Source: Candidatus Saccharimonadales bacterium
Lineage (GTDB): Bacteria; Patescibacteriota; Saccharimonadia; Saccharimonadales; JANWIN01
Length of the DNA: 64,000 nucleotides
Assembly (NCBI GenBank): GCA_038231155.1
Contig: JBBRLY010000016.1
Span: 21,506-85,505 of the forward strand
Reading direction: 5' to 3'
The position numbers and the translations under genes are program-made. The notes under the pieces were generated by a model that saw nothing but the letters and a program-made list of their open reading frames with translations, was not told the DNA's origin and ran no database searches. This document shows, piece by piece, positions 30,041-39,365 of the stretch (positions within the stretch are counted from its first letter, which is position 1; each line of letters begins with the position of its first letter).

Positions 30041-31141
30041 TTACGGAGACGGGACCGTACCGTTGACCGGCGTGGTTGGGGGAGTGGTTGCCGGAGGAGC
30101 AGCTGTGGTTGGGGGAGTGACACCCGTGTTGTCGCACGAGGGTTGCCCCGGCTTACCACAGCTTGGAACCGTAACCGAACCACCGCCCGTTGTTGTGGGA
30201 GTGGTATGCGGACACGTGCTCGGACAGCCGTCTTTGGTATCAACTGGACGTTGAGCCCCTTGGTTGATCTGTTGTTGGTTGTCTGGTGATGGCCGAGTCT
30301 TGCGCACCGAGTTCGGAATATTCGGATTCCGGTCGATGTTAAACTGCACCATCTTGGGACACAACCCATTCGGCGGTACGAACTGCCCGTTGGAACACAC
30401 CGGCGGACTACCGGGCGGCACTTGGCCAGGTGGAACCTCAATCGGCAAGGCCGGTGGCGTATTGCTACGCACTGGCACAACCAAATTGACGTTCGGGTTA
30501 CCGCAATCCGCTCGGACCGTGGCACCGAAGATGATCCGGCCGTTCCTGGTAAGGAACATCCAGAAGATATCGTTCGGACCCACCTGTCGCCATTGGCCGG
30601 ATTCTTCCAGAACCTTCCCGTTCATGAAGTATGTCGTACCCAGGATCTGGGACGCCACCTTCAATTGCAGCGGGAAGTAACCGGTGCCATTCAGGGCTCG
30701 CTTGACTTCGTCGTCGCCGTAACCAGCCTTGCGGATGGTATCAACAACTCGAAGTTTCGCGGCCCGACTGACAGCGGTGTTCTCGTTCAGGAATTCACCG
30801 ACTTGTTGTTGCGTCTTGAGAGTTCGCCTACTGAAAGCGGCAATCCCTCGCGACTCGGTACGCCCTTTGAACTGGACGTTATTCGAGCCGGTAACAATCT
30901 CACCAGGACGGTAGTGTTGGAATACGCCGTTGATCTGGTTGGCAATGCTGTTAGCATTGGTCGGTACGGTCGTTGTCGTGACCGATTTGGGCACAGTCAT
31001 GGTTGACGTAGTAGTGGTACTTGGCGCAATTGCCGCCATTACCGTTCGCGCATCCCCTGTTGGGATGCGGACTATGCCGAACACGGCTGCTGCAACGATG
31101 ACTGAAATGATCAGTCCGATCGTTCCAGTACGCTTGCTCAC
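30041..31141 (-). CDS. Exported Pro/Thr-rich protein with an N-terminal TM or signal helix (hypothetical), encoded in the GC-rich island.
   Basis: This is the longest ORF in the island, with a GC-rich third codon position and a C-terminal PT-rich tail. Confidence 0.5.
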   Translation of the reverse strand: MSKRTGTIGLIISVIVAAAVFGIVRIPTGDARTVMAAIAPSTTTTSTMTVPKSVTTTTVPTNANSIANQINGVFQHYRPGEIVTGSNNVQFKGRTESRGIAAFSRRTLKTQQQVGEFLNENTAVSRAAKLRVVDTIRKAGYGDDEVKRALNGTGYFPLQLKVASQILGTTYFMNGKVLEESGQWRQVGPNDIFWMFLTRNGRIIFGATVRADCGNPNVNLVVPVRSNTPPALPIEVPPGQVPPGSPPVCSNGQFVPPNGLCPKMVQFNIDRNPNIPNSVRKTRPSPDNQQQINQGAQRPVDTKDGCPSTCPHTTPTTTGGGSVTVPSCGKPGQPSCDNTGVTPPTTAAPPATTPPTTPVNGTVPSP

Positions 31142-31277
31142 GTCACACCTCCTCAGGGGTGATAGAGCCTTCGTCTCTCAACTGACAGCGCGGAGAGCTT
31201 TCGCGCCAACTGGTACTTCCCCAGTGTGATTACGGACAGGTTTAACGACATGTCATGGTCGCTCAGGTTCGGTCCTC

Positions 31278-31940
31278 TCACGTCTGCGCAGCGCGCTGAC
31301 GATTGAGTTGTTCGCACACGATGGCGCAAACCAAGCCGAACACGAAGAAGCCAACACCGGCGATGGCGAGCACCCAGATGGTACCAGGCACCCACTTCCA
31401 GTGGTGGACTTCATCGGTAACTGCCCAACGTGTCTTCAAGCCCACGAAGAGGCCAATCAGACCGCCGAGAACCGCGACCAGCTGGCACCAGAGGCACCAA
31501 CTGCGGGGGTCGTACGGCGAACGCTGAACTTGAACCAGTGGAACTCGGTCCGTCATGACGGCGGCTACGGGTTCAGCTGGCGGTACTGCTGTTTCACGAA
31601 CGGGACTGTCGACTGGAACACTTGGTGCCGCACCGGTCAGGGGAACAGTCGATGAAGACGGTTCACCATCAGGCTCAGGCTCCAATATGCTCGTTCGACG
31701 AGTGATGACGCGTCCGCGAACGATGTGCTCGAATTGCTCAGCTTCCTCTTCGAGAACTTCATCATGGTCGTCGATGTCACGCATTGCGGCGCGGGCACCA
31801 ATGACAACGTTGTTGCGCTCCCGATTCAATGCCTCACGGGCATGCTTGATCTCGTGATCGCGTTTTCGGGCAGCCGCGGCAAGTTCGCCGAGAGCTTTTC
31901 GGGCTTCTTCAGCAGCTTCTTCTATGCGGTTGGTACTCAC
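31278..31940 (-). CDS. Membrane protein with an N-terminal charged coiled coil and two C-terminal TM helices (hypothetical), encoded in the GC-rich island.
   Basis: ORF call. Confidence 0.45.
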   Translation of the reverse strand: MSTNRIEEAAEEARKALGELAAAARKRDHEIKHAREALNRERNNVVIGARAAMRDIDDHDEVLEEEAEQFEHIVRGRVITRRTSILEPEPDGEPSSSTVPLTGAAPSVPVDSPVRETAVPPAEPVAAVMTDRVPLVQVQRSPYDPRSWCLWCQLVAVLGGLIGLFVGLKTRWAVTDEVHHWKWVPGTIWVLAIAGVGFFVFGLVCAIVCEQLNRQRAAQT

Positions 31941-32335
31941 TTATTTCCTCCTCCTTGGCTGGGGATTTGGTCGGTTTTCGGCCGAGTCTGTTGGACGATT
32001 CGTCCATTCGGTGTCACCCGATACTAAAGTCCCTGGTTGGGAGTTCAGAACAGCACTCTGCTAGCAAAAGTAGCGAACAGGGTGCTGCTCTGATTAGAAG
32101 AAAAAGTAAGTAAATGTTTTTGGGTATGTAATGTAGTCACATACTGTCTTGGGAAGCGGAATGGTCAAAAGACCCCTCAACGCCTCAACCGAGGACAGAC
32201 CGCCTATTACTAGTTACCTCTGTTAGCTAGTATTAAATGGTCTGCCCTGAGTTCACCAAGAACAGATATGAACTGTAATGATTCGACTTGTTAAAGTGCC
32301 CTTCGCTTAAGCGGGAAACAGATAGGCTTAGATGA

Positions 32336-32362
32336 AAAAACAGCCTTAATGCTGTTTTTGTT
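32336..32362. terminator. Bidirectional intrinsic terminator hairpin (aacagccttaatgctgtt) flanked by A and T runs.
   Basis: The stem-loop and U-tracts are readable on both strands, downstream of the histidine kinase gene. Confidence 0.45.
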
Positions 32363-32489
32363 TCACCCCTGTTAATGCCCCACTGCGGGTTATCACCCTC
32401 CCACCAGCTAGGATAACCAAATTCTACTATATATCTCTGTTTTTGTCAATAAGCATTACAATAATTCTAACAAAGCACAAGCATAAGTT

Positions 32490-34700
32490 TTACGCGGCTG
32501 TAAGTTCTTTAGCTGGCTTTGCTTTCTTAGGCTCCAGTTTGATATGTCCAGGCACTTTTAATTTGTCCTTACTGAAACTAAACCCAAACGTACTGCCTTT
32601 GCCTTCGTCGCTATGAAAGATTATGGCGCCACCTTGGGCTACTACAACTTTTTGGGCCATGAAAAGACCAAGACCGGTACCATCGGGACGGGCTTTTTTG
32701 GCATTACCGGCCCGGTAAAACTTACTGAACAAATGATGCTGCTCGGCTTTTGGTACGCCAATTCCGTCGTCAACTACCATGAATTCGACTGTATCGCCTT
32801 TGTCGATCAATTCAATATCTATGTGGCCACCTGACGGAGTGTAATAAATAGCATTGTCTGTAAAGTTCATGACTACTTGTCGGATTTTAGTTTCGTCCAG
32901 CATTAGCATTGGGAAGTCTTTAGGCTTTAGATAAGTCACAGTCAGATTACGTGCTTTGGCAGTTTCAGTTAATTGTTGGATTTCACCTTTAACTAAATCT
33001 GCGAGATTTGTAGGTGCAGCATCTATTACGAATTTACCAGTTCGCAACCGGCTGACATTAAGAAGATCAGCAATTAAATAGACCATTCTCTGGGCGCTCA
33101 AGAATGACTGATCTAATAGTTTACGTTGAGGATCGCTAATCTTGCCGGCATCACCCTCTAACACCATGCTGACATAACCTTTAACAGTTGTTAAAGGTGT
33201 ACGTAATTGATGTGAGGCCATACTAATAAATTCATCTTTGGTTTCATCAAGATCCCTAAGTTTTTCGTTTGTCCTACGTAATTCTTTAGTCGCTAGCTGC
33301 ACTTTTTCTTGCAGCGTGATGTTAAATTGTTGGATTTCAAGATAGGCCTTTGCATTCGATATTGCGACTGCCAGTTCTGCTGCCAGAATTACTAAAATAC
33401 GTTGATCATCGCGGTTATAAATTTCACCGTTTAATTTTTCACCTAATAATAAGTATCCTACAAACTCATCGCGAGTATGCAAAGGAATGCTTGCTCTTAT
33501 ACCGTATTTTTCTAAAAACTGTTTTTCGACACCCTCTGAAATATCATCTACTAAAATATTTTTCTTACCAAGTACTGAAAGTTCATGAATTTGTTCCGAG
33601 CTATGGTTTAAAAAAACTTCTCCACCAAAAATAATTTTCTGTTGTTGTAATACCACAATATTGGCCGAACTTACTCGCATATGTTTTTTAATAAGCCTTG
33701 ATACATCAGTGGTTAACTCTTTCATATCTATCTCAGCGGCAAGAACCTTACTAACATCATCTAGTAATGATTGCGGATCATATTTATCACGATAAAAAAT
33801 ACTGTCTGTGAGTTTTTCGAAGAAACGTTTCAATGGTTGCAAACTAAAACCTAATATAAGCGCTAGGACTATATTTAATACTTTCTGTACGCGATTAATT
33901 TTTGAAGTATCGAATACTAAATTGCCAACCTGAAATGCAAATACACCATAAAGACCGGTAAGAGTTACAATTAACAAAAGATAAGTTATGGATTTTGCTA
34001 TAACACCACGGATGTCAAACAAACGATGTCGAACAATTGCATAAGTTGTAAGTCCAAGAAAAATAACCGTATACATAGGTATTAATGAAACTGTCGCATT
34101 AACCTTAAAAAGAATTACAGGTAGTAATACAGTCACTATTAGTAACCCTAAAAGAATCGATATTGCTAATAATGCATAACCGAATTGTTGTCTCTCTGTA
34201 TCTTTTGATCTTTTAAATTTTCTAAACAAAGTTATTACTGCCAAAAGACTAAAAATAGTTGTAACTAATGAGAAAATCCCAATACCGGGCCCAGGAACTG
34301 GGTGTGGTGAATTATTGATAACGATTACTTTAGTAAAAACTAAAGGTGTGAGAGTAATTACGGAAACAAAAACTGTAATTGAACCTACAATTAATAGCTT
34401 AGTTCGAGAAAATGAATATTCTTCCTTTGGTAAAGTAGAGGCAAACATATAGAACAATGCGCTCATTATTGACGCAAAAAAGAGACTCAACCGGATTAAC
34501 CAAAGGCTTTGTGATAAAAAGATCGGAAGCACTGATGTGAAGTTCGCGATTAACCACAAGCTTAACACTAAACCAAGTGCGGTATAGAGTCTGTTGGTCA
34601 CACTTTTTGGATTATTTTTGTAAACTAGAAACACTAAAAAAACATTTGCGAAAATTGCTGCAGCAACAATACTAACTTTGAAAATCAGGAATGGGCTCAT
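32490..34700 (-). CDS. Sensor histidine kinase with a multi-TM N-terminal sensor.
   Basis: It has ~7-8 N-terminal TM helices, the HisKA H-box SHQLRTPLT, and HATPase_c boxes including DDGIGV and GTGLGL. Confidence 0.85.
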   Translation of the reverse strand: MSPFLIFKVSIVAAAIFANVFLVFLVYKNNPKSVTNRLYTALGLVLSLWLIANFTSVLPIFLSQSLWLIRLSLFFASIMSALFYMFASTLPKEEYSFSRTKLLIVGSITVFVSVITLTPLVFTKVIVINNSPHPVPGPGIGIFSLVTTIFSLLAVITLFRKFKRSKDTERQQFGYALLAISILLGLLIVTVLLPVILFKVNATVSLIPMYTVIFLGLTTYAIVRHRLFDIRGVIAKSITYLLLIVTLTGLYGVFAFQVGNLVFDTSKINRVQKVLNIVLALILGFSLQPLKRFFEKLTDSIFYRDKYDPQSLLDDVSKVLAAEIDMKELTTDVSRLIKKHMRVSSANIVVLQQQKIIFGGEVFLNHSSEQIHELSVLGKKNILVDDISEGVEKQFLEKYGIRASIPLHTRDEFVGYLLLGEKLNGEIYNRDDQRILVILAAELAVAISNAKAYLEIQQFNITLQEKVQLATKELRRTNEKLRDLDETKDEFISMASHQLRTPLTTVKGYVSMVLEGDAGKISDPQRKLLDQSFLSAQRMVYLIADLLNVSRLRTGKFVIDAAPTNLADLVKGEIQQLTETAKARNLTVTYLKPKDFPMLMLDETKIRQVVMNFTDNAIYYTPSGGHIDIELIDKGDTVEFMVVDDGIGVPKAEQHHLFSKFYRAGNAKKARPDGTGLGLFMAQKVVVAQGGAIIFHSDEGKGSTFGFSFSKDKLKVPGHIKLEPKKAKPAKELTAA

Positions 34701-36613
34701 TTTTTGTCTTTAAAGAAGTTAACTACCTCTTTATTAAACAAATTGCTTTGTTCAAGTGTTGTTACGTGACCGGTTTCTTTAAACATTTTAAGCTTAACAT
34801 TTTTATCATCTCTGACCAATGAAGCAATTTTTTTTGAAGGCAACAATGGATCATTTTTTCCTAGTATTATAAGAATTGGTATTTTTATATGTTTGAGCTG
34901 GTTGATATAAAGTATATCGGGATTAAATTTAAAGCCCCGAGTTTGCCCATGCATAAATAATAAAGGATGGGATCGTTTATCTTGTCGAACTGCATCATAA
35001 TAATAATCCACAAATTGCTCAGTGATTATTTTTTTATCATAAACTGCTGATTGCAAAAATTTTTTCATATTTTTTCGAGTCGGTTTAACGGCAGTTTTTG
35101 TAAGTATTCTGGTAAAACGTCGTGATGCAATTGCTCGTTGCTTAAATGGAATTTTCTTTATTAATCCTAAGGGATTTACTAGTACTATTTCAGATACTAA
35201 TTCAGGCGAAGATATTGCCAGCTTAGCTGCAATAGCAGCACCGAATGAATGGCCAATAATATAAGTATTCTTTAAGTTTTCTTTCTGAATAAATTTTCTT
35301 ACAACATCAACATAATCCTTTTTAAAATCTGCTTGACTGTAGTCAAATCGCGTTGATTGACCACTTCCCGGTAAATCTAACGCATAAACTCGATATTCTT
35401 TTGCTAAATGATTAATGTTTGGAAACCATTGTGCCCAGCCAGTATTGGCACCGTGTAGCAGTATTATTGGTTGACCTTCTCCGGCAACAATATAATGTAT
35501 TCTATACTTTCCTAGACTCATAAATTTATTAACATAGGAAGATTTTAGAAATTCAGCAGGAATAGTAATTTTATCTGTTGATTTAATTTGAATTTCAGAT
35601 CTTCTTGGGCTATGAATTGTACTTGTGTTTACTCTTATCATTCTGAAAAACATCTGAGGAAACTTCTTTGTGTCTTTGAAATGTGTGTGTAGTTGGCTTC
35701 TGTATTTCGTCTCTATTAATGCAGCCATTGGTCCAAGACTAATATGAAAGTTGGTAGATTTTAACGCCAGTTCTTCATAAACTTTGCCACTTTCTATCCA
35801 GTCTTTTGGTTCATCGTGAGTAGTTGAGATAAGCCCAAGTGCGGAGCTCTTTATTGTTTGTTCCAAATACTTTTTGGCAAATATTTTCATTGACTTTGGC
35901 ATATGTTTCATTAGTGTCTTGCCGACAACTACTTTCCCTGTTGTTAGCCCACTTACTTGACCAGTCATTCCATCACCACTGGTTGTTTTGTTAGGTCGCA
36001 TCCACATTGCAAGTTCTCGGCCAAATTTAGGAACTTTAGAATAGCTAGCTGCGGCTTTATAAACGTCTTGTGCCAAATCATGAATTTTAGTTTTTTCTTT
36101 AGTAATGGATATCGCAGTATCTCTAGAAGGGTTAATTTTTAGTTTTGCCCATTCACTATCGCTAATTTTTACTGGTTCCGATATTCTTTTTTCTGAATAG
36201 CGATTTGGGATTGCTTCAAACAACCTACTATTAAGTTGATCTGAATCCTTAGAATTAAGCGTAAATATCATTTCAATTTTTGCATTGTTTTTTCCAGTTG
36301 TTATAATTTTTTCTTCAATATTTAATTCAAAATATTTTGCGGCAACCTGAATATTAAATAAGCAAGCCCCTAAACTTATATAAAGATTGCGGCCAGATGG
36401 ATCGGCTTCAGGTAGTTTAAGTTCAATATTCGGATTGATTGTGAGCTGGTTTGAATTTATTTCAAACAACCAAGGCTGAGTGTTATGAGTAGATGGGGCT
36501 AAGATGCCATAACCTATTAGAAAACGGATTTTATCTTCAATAGAACCATTCTTAGGAAAGTTCTTAGCCTGAATATCCCATGCTTTATAATTATCTTGTT
36601 GTTTATGCTTCAT
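34697..36613 (-). CDS. Fusion protein: N-terminal nitroreductase-like (Acg/SagB-type) domain plus C-terminal alpha/beta-hydrolase.
   Basis: The N-terminus has the nitroreductase signature LAPSTHNTQPW. The C-terminus has a GHSFG nucleophile elbow in an alpha/beta-hydrolase fold. There are 4-nt overlaps with both neighbours. Confidence 0.55.
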   Translation of the reverse strand: MKHKQQDNYKAWDIQAKNFPKNGSIEDKIRFLIGYGILAPSTHNTQPWLFEINSNQLTINPNIELKLPEADPSGRNLYISLGACLFNIQVAAKYFELNIEEKIITTGKNNAKIEMIFTLNSKDSDQLNSRLFEAIPNRYSEKRISEPVKISDSEWAKLKINPSRDTAISITKEKTKIHDLAQDVYKAAASYSKVPKFGRELAMWMRPNKTTSGDGMTGQVSGLTTGKVVVGKTLMKHMPKSMKIFAKKYLEQTIKSSALGLISTTHDEPKDWIESGKVYEELALKSTNFHISLGPMAALIETKYRSQLHTHFKDTKKFPQMFFRMIRVNTSTIHSPRRSEIQIKSTDKITIPAEFLKSSYVNKFMSLGKYRIHYIVAGEGQPIILLHGANTGWAQWFPNINHLAKEYRVYALDLPGSGQSTRFDYSQADFKKDYVDVVRKFIQKENLKNTYIIGHSFGAAIAAKLAISSPELVSEIVLVNPLGLIKKIPFKQRAIASRRFTRILTKTAVKPTRKNMKKFLQSAVYDKKIITEQFVDYYYDAVRQDKRSHPLLFMHGQTRGFKFNPDILYINQLKHIKIPILIILGKNDPLLPSKKIASLVRDDKNVKLKMFKETGHVTTLEQSNLFNKEVVNFFKDKK

Positions 36614-37743
36614 GACTTTTCCATCAACTTTTTAAGTATGACACCCCTTTTACCATTTCCACCAAACTCATTACTATCAAATTTAAATAGTTCAGAAAAT
36701 TTTATAAAGTACCGATCCGATTTAATATCGCTACCAAGTAAAATTTGACGAATCAAATAAGCGGCAAGTCCACTGTCAACAGCAATAGTGCTATATAACT
36801 GAGGACGTCCAACCAGTGTTTTACCAATGTGAATTAAAGTTTCAAGGGCTCTGGTTGGTATATACTTTACCCCAACTATTTGCACTGCATATCGTTTTAT
36901 GTCTTCGGGTGAAATATATTCATTCTTTAAGATGTTGTCAGCAACGTTGCCAATTGCACCATTGAAAATCTCTGGCTGAGGTGACAGATCATAGCGTTCA
37001 ATATCTACCAAAATATTGTCACCTAAACTGGTAAACATAAGAAGTGGTAATTTGTTTTGTTTGGCTTTTATTCGAAGTAATACTTTCATTTTAAAGTCGT
37101 CAATTTCATCAATTATGATGCTAAGACTGGGGTCGTTAAAGAACTCATCAATATTGTCTTTATTTAGACCTTTTGGGAAAGTTTGTATTTGACTAAATGG
37201 ATCAAGTTCCCAGATGGATTGGCTAGCTAAATCTACCTTGGCTAGACCAATATTAGGTAACGATTCACGAACACGGTTAAGATTAGCGGTTTCTAGTTCA
37301 TCGAAGTCAGCCAACTTCAAGTTTTTGGCAATGCCTGAATATACGGCACCTATAGCTATACCAGCACCGACTGACATCCCAGCTACTCCAATAACCGTAT
37401 TATGAAGTTTAGTCTGTTCCTCACTAGTAATTAGATTTTTATTGCGGTTCGTCCGTAGTTCAAACAGTTCATTAGGTCCAACGCAATGAAGTAAAATTCC
37501 TGACCACGGATAATAAACCCAAGCATCGATAGGTGATAGTACGCCGTTCATTCCTAGATTTTTTTTATCTCGCTCGCTAGCATTGTTGGATGGGTAGCGG
37601 ATTTCAAGAAGTTCTTGTAGTTGATTCTTATATATGTCAACTTCGCGCCAAATCTTTTGCTTTTTTAGGCGTTCGACATCGTAAGCCGAGTACTTACCCG
37701 GCAATAGCACAATTGGTCGCTGATTATTTATTTCTGTACCCAT
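36610..37743 (-). CDS. ThiF/MoeB/E1-like adenylyltransferase with a ~110 aa N-terminal extension.
   Basis: The Rossmann motif VIGVAGMSVGAGIAIGAVYSGI...DFDELETANLNR is present. Confidence 0.6.
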   Translation of the reverse strand: MGTEINNQRPIVLLPGKYSAYDVERLKKQKIWREVDIYKNQLQELLEIRYPSNNASERDKKNLGMNGVLSPIDAWVYYPWSGILLHCVGPNELFELRTNRNKNLITSEEQTKLHNTVIGVAGMSVGAGIAIGAVYSGIAKNLKLADFDELETANLNRVRESLPNIGLAKVDLASQSIWELDPFSQIQTFPKGLNKDNIDEFFNDPSLSIIIDEIDDFKMKVLLRIKAKQNKLPLLMFTSLGDNILVDIERYDLSPQPEIFNGAIGNVADNILKNEYISPEDIKRYAVQIVGVKYIPTRALETLIHIGKTLVGRPQLYSTIAVDSGLAAYLIRQILLGSDIKSDRYFIKFSELFKFDSNEFGGNGKRGVILKKLMEKS

Positions 37744-39245
37744 TTTTGCTTGGTTCCGACTTTAAAATATTGAGGGTCTTCATATAGGCTCAGGTGGATG
37801 ACCGGTTTAACATCATTTTGAACCATGCCGAAAACTTCACGATATTCAGAGCTTTCTTCAATCAAATTATTGTGAATGGCTTCTTGGATGCTCGAACTTA
37901 ATTGGTCCGATTCACTAACTCCATACTTCATCTCACAGTAAATATGTAGTTTTTGTCTCCCCTGTTTATCATAATCGACAAGTATAGTAAACTTTCCAGT
38001 CAGAAAGTTGTCAAATCGCTTGATTTGTAGAGCTCGTCGGATCATATCGGGATATATTAAAAAGGCATAGTAACTAACACTTAGGTCGTTACGTTCGTAA
38101 ATGTATAAAAACGGTAAGTTCCAAAGAGTATGATTAATACCGGCTTTTTTTAGATTGTTCTTATAATCATCCATTTTTAGATCCAGTTTTTGGTAAACTT
38201 CATCGTGAGTCAGTAGACCTCCATAATCTTTGAGATCATAACGCACTAATGGGATGCCACTATAAGCAGTACAAAACAAATTGTAGTTTACCTCTTCAAA
38301 GTAAAATAATTCGGGGTTATATTGCGTAAAGGTAGCTTGACGTTGTTTTTCAGGAAATAGTTTATCGAGCTGATTGTCCTTAACCATTTGGCGACGGATG
38401 TATATCGACTCTGGTGTTTCATGAGACATCGTTCCCATATCGGCGGTACCATAGTGGTTTAAGCTAAACATAAGCTCATTATCAGGTTTTACAGTATCAA
38501 TCACATAATCACGAAAGCGTTCAGTAAAAGCTTCAGCTGAAAACACAAAACCAAGTTTATATTTAGACCAATTGATACCGTCGCGAGTCCCATCATCCAA
38601 AATATCTTTTAAAAACGGTGCATAGGCTCCAATTATAATTTGGTCATAGCTACTACCGAGTTGTTTAACGGCGTTTATTACTTCCTGTTTATGAATTCCA
38701 GGAGTAATGATGCTTAGGTCATAGCTGTTGTACTGAGCAATAATCTTTAAGGCTTCATATGTAAATACACCGCCAATCCATGCCCCCATCGGGAAAGCTA
38801 CAATATATAAGGTCGTTTTCTGGTGAACTTTGAAATTTGATCTTAAATAAAGCTCAGCCATAATTGCATACTGCATATCTTGTAAATGGTTGCGCGGAAA
38901 ATAATAAGGTTGGCCAGTACTACCGGATGTTGAAGATATTATCCATTGGCCATGTGGAAATTCTCCATCCCAACAGAGCATTTCTTTGGGATATTTGCGT
39001 AAGTAGTTATCTTTGTCGATCGGGGGAATTTTATAAAAATCTGCAATGCTCTTAACAGACGAAACTGACAATTTATGTTGTTTTAAAAAATCTTTATAGG
39101 CCGGAACTCCCCTAGCCATGGTTTTAAATAAATTAAGAGCTCGTAATTCACCTCGGTGACGCCATGACTGCTCTGACTCGCTTTTTAATTTTTCAAGCAA
39201 AGTCTCGGCATTTCGATAACCTCTTGGCAGCAATAGTCTAGACAT
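37728..39245 (-). CDS. Phenylacetate-CoA ligase (PaaK/F390-synthetase) family adenylate-forming enzyme.
   Basis: The AMP-binding P-loop SSTSGSTGQP is present, and the size and pattern fit the PaaK family. Confidence 0.65.
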   Translation of the reverse strand: MSRLLLPRGYRNAETLLEKLKSESEQSWRHRGELRALNLFKTMARGVPAYKDFLKQHKLSVSSVKSIADFYKIPPIDKDNYLRKYPKEMLCWDGEFPHGQWIISSTSGSTGQPYYFPRNHLQDMQYAIMAELYLRSNFKVHQKTTLYIVAFPMGAWIGGVFTYEALKIIAQYNSYDLSIITPGIHKQEVINAVKQLGSSYDQIIIGAYAPFLKDILDDGTRDGINWSKYKLGFVFSAEAFTERFRDYVIDTVKPDNELMFSLNHYGTADMGTMSHETPESIYIRRQMVKDNQLDKLFPEKQRQATFTQYNPELFYFEEVNYNLFCTAYSGIPLVRYDLKDYGGLLTHDEVYQKLDLKMDDYKNNLKKAGINHTLWNLPFLYIYERNDLSVSYYAFLIYPDMIRRALQIKRFDNFLTGKFTILVDYDKQGRQKLHIYCEMKYGVSESDQLSSSIQEAIHNNLIEESSEYREVFGMVQNDVKPVIHLSLYEDPQYFKVGTKQKWVQK

Positions 39246-39365
39246 TTAAGTTCCCTATACTTCAAATTGTAGCACGCCACCATAAAACCATTGTTTATGT
39301 TGTATTTTGACTAAATCATTATATTATGGGTATAATACGTAAAGTATAGTAAAATAAAGAACTAA

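Larger units (their letters stand above)
29800..32050. other. High-GC (~58-60%) compositional island within the ~40% GC chromosome.
   Basis: There is an abrupt base-composition shift. Many overlapping long ORFs appear on both strands, which is an artefact of high GC. Confidence 0.7.

Noticed and set aside
29745-31229. Multiple long ORFs on both strands (29745-30254 +, 30028-30525 -, 30264-30680 +, 30422-31006 +, 30930-31229 +, and others).
   Set aside because: They lie in the high-GC island, where stop codons are rare. They are antisense or overlapping relative to the two convincing minus-strand genes and have Arg/Pro/Gly-rich low-complexity translations. They are treated as shadow ORFs.
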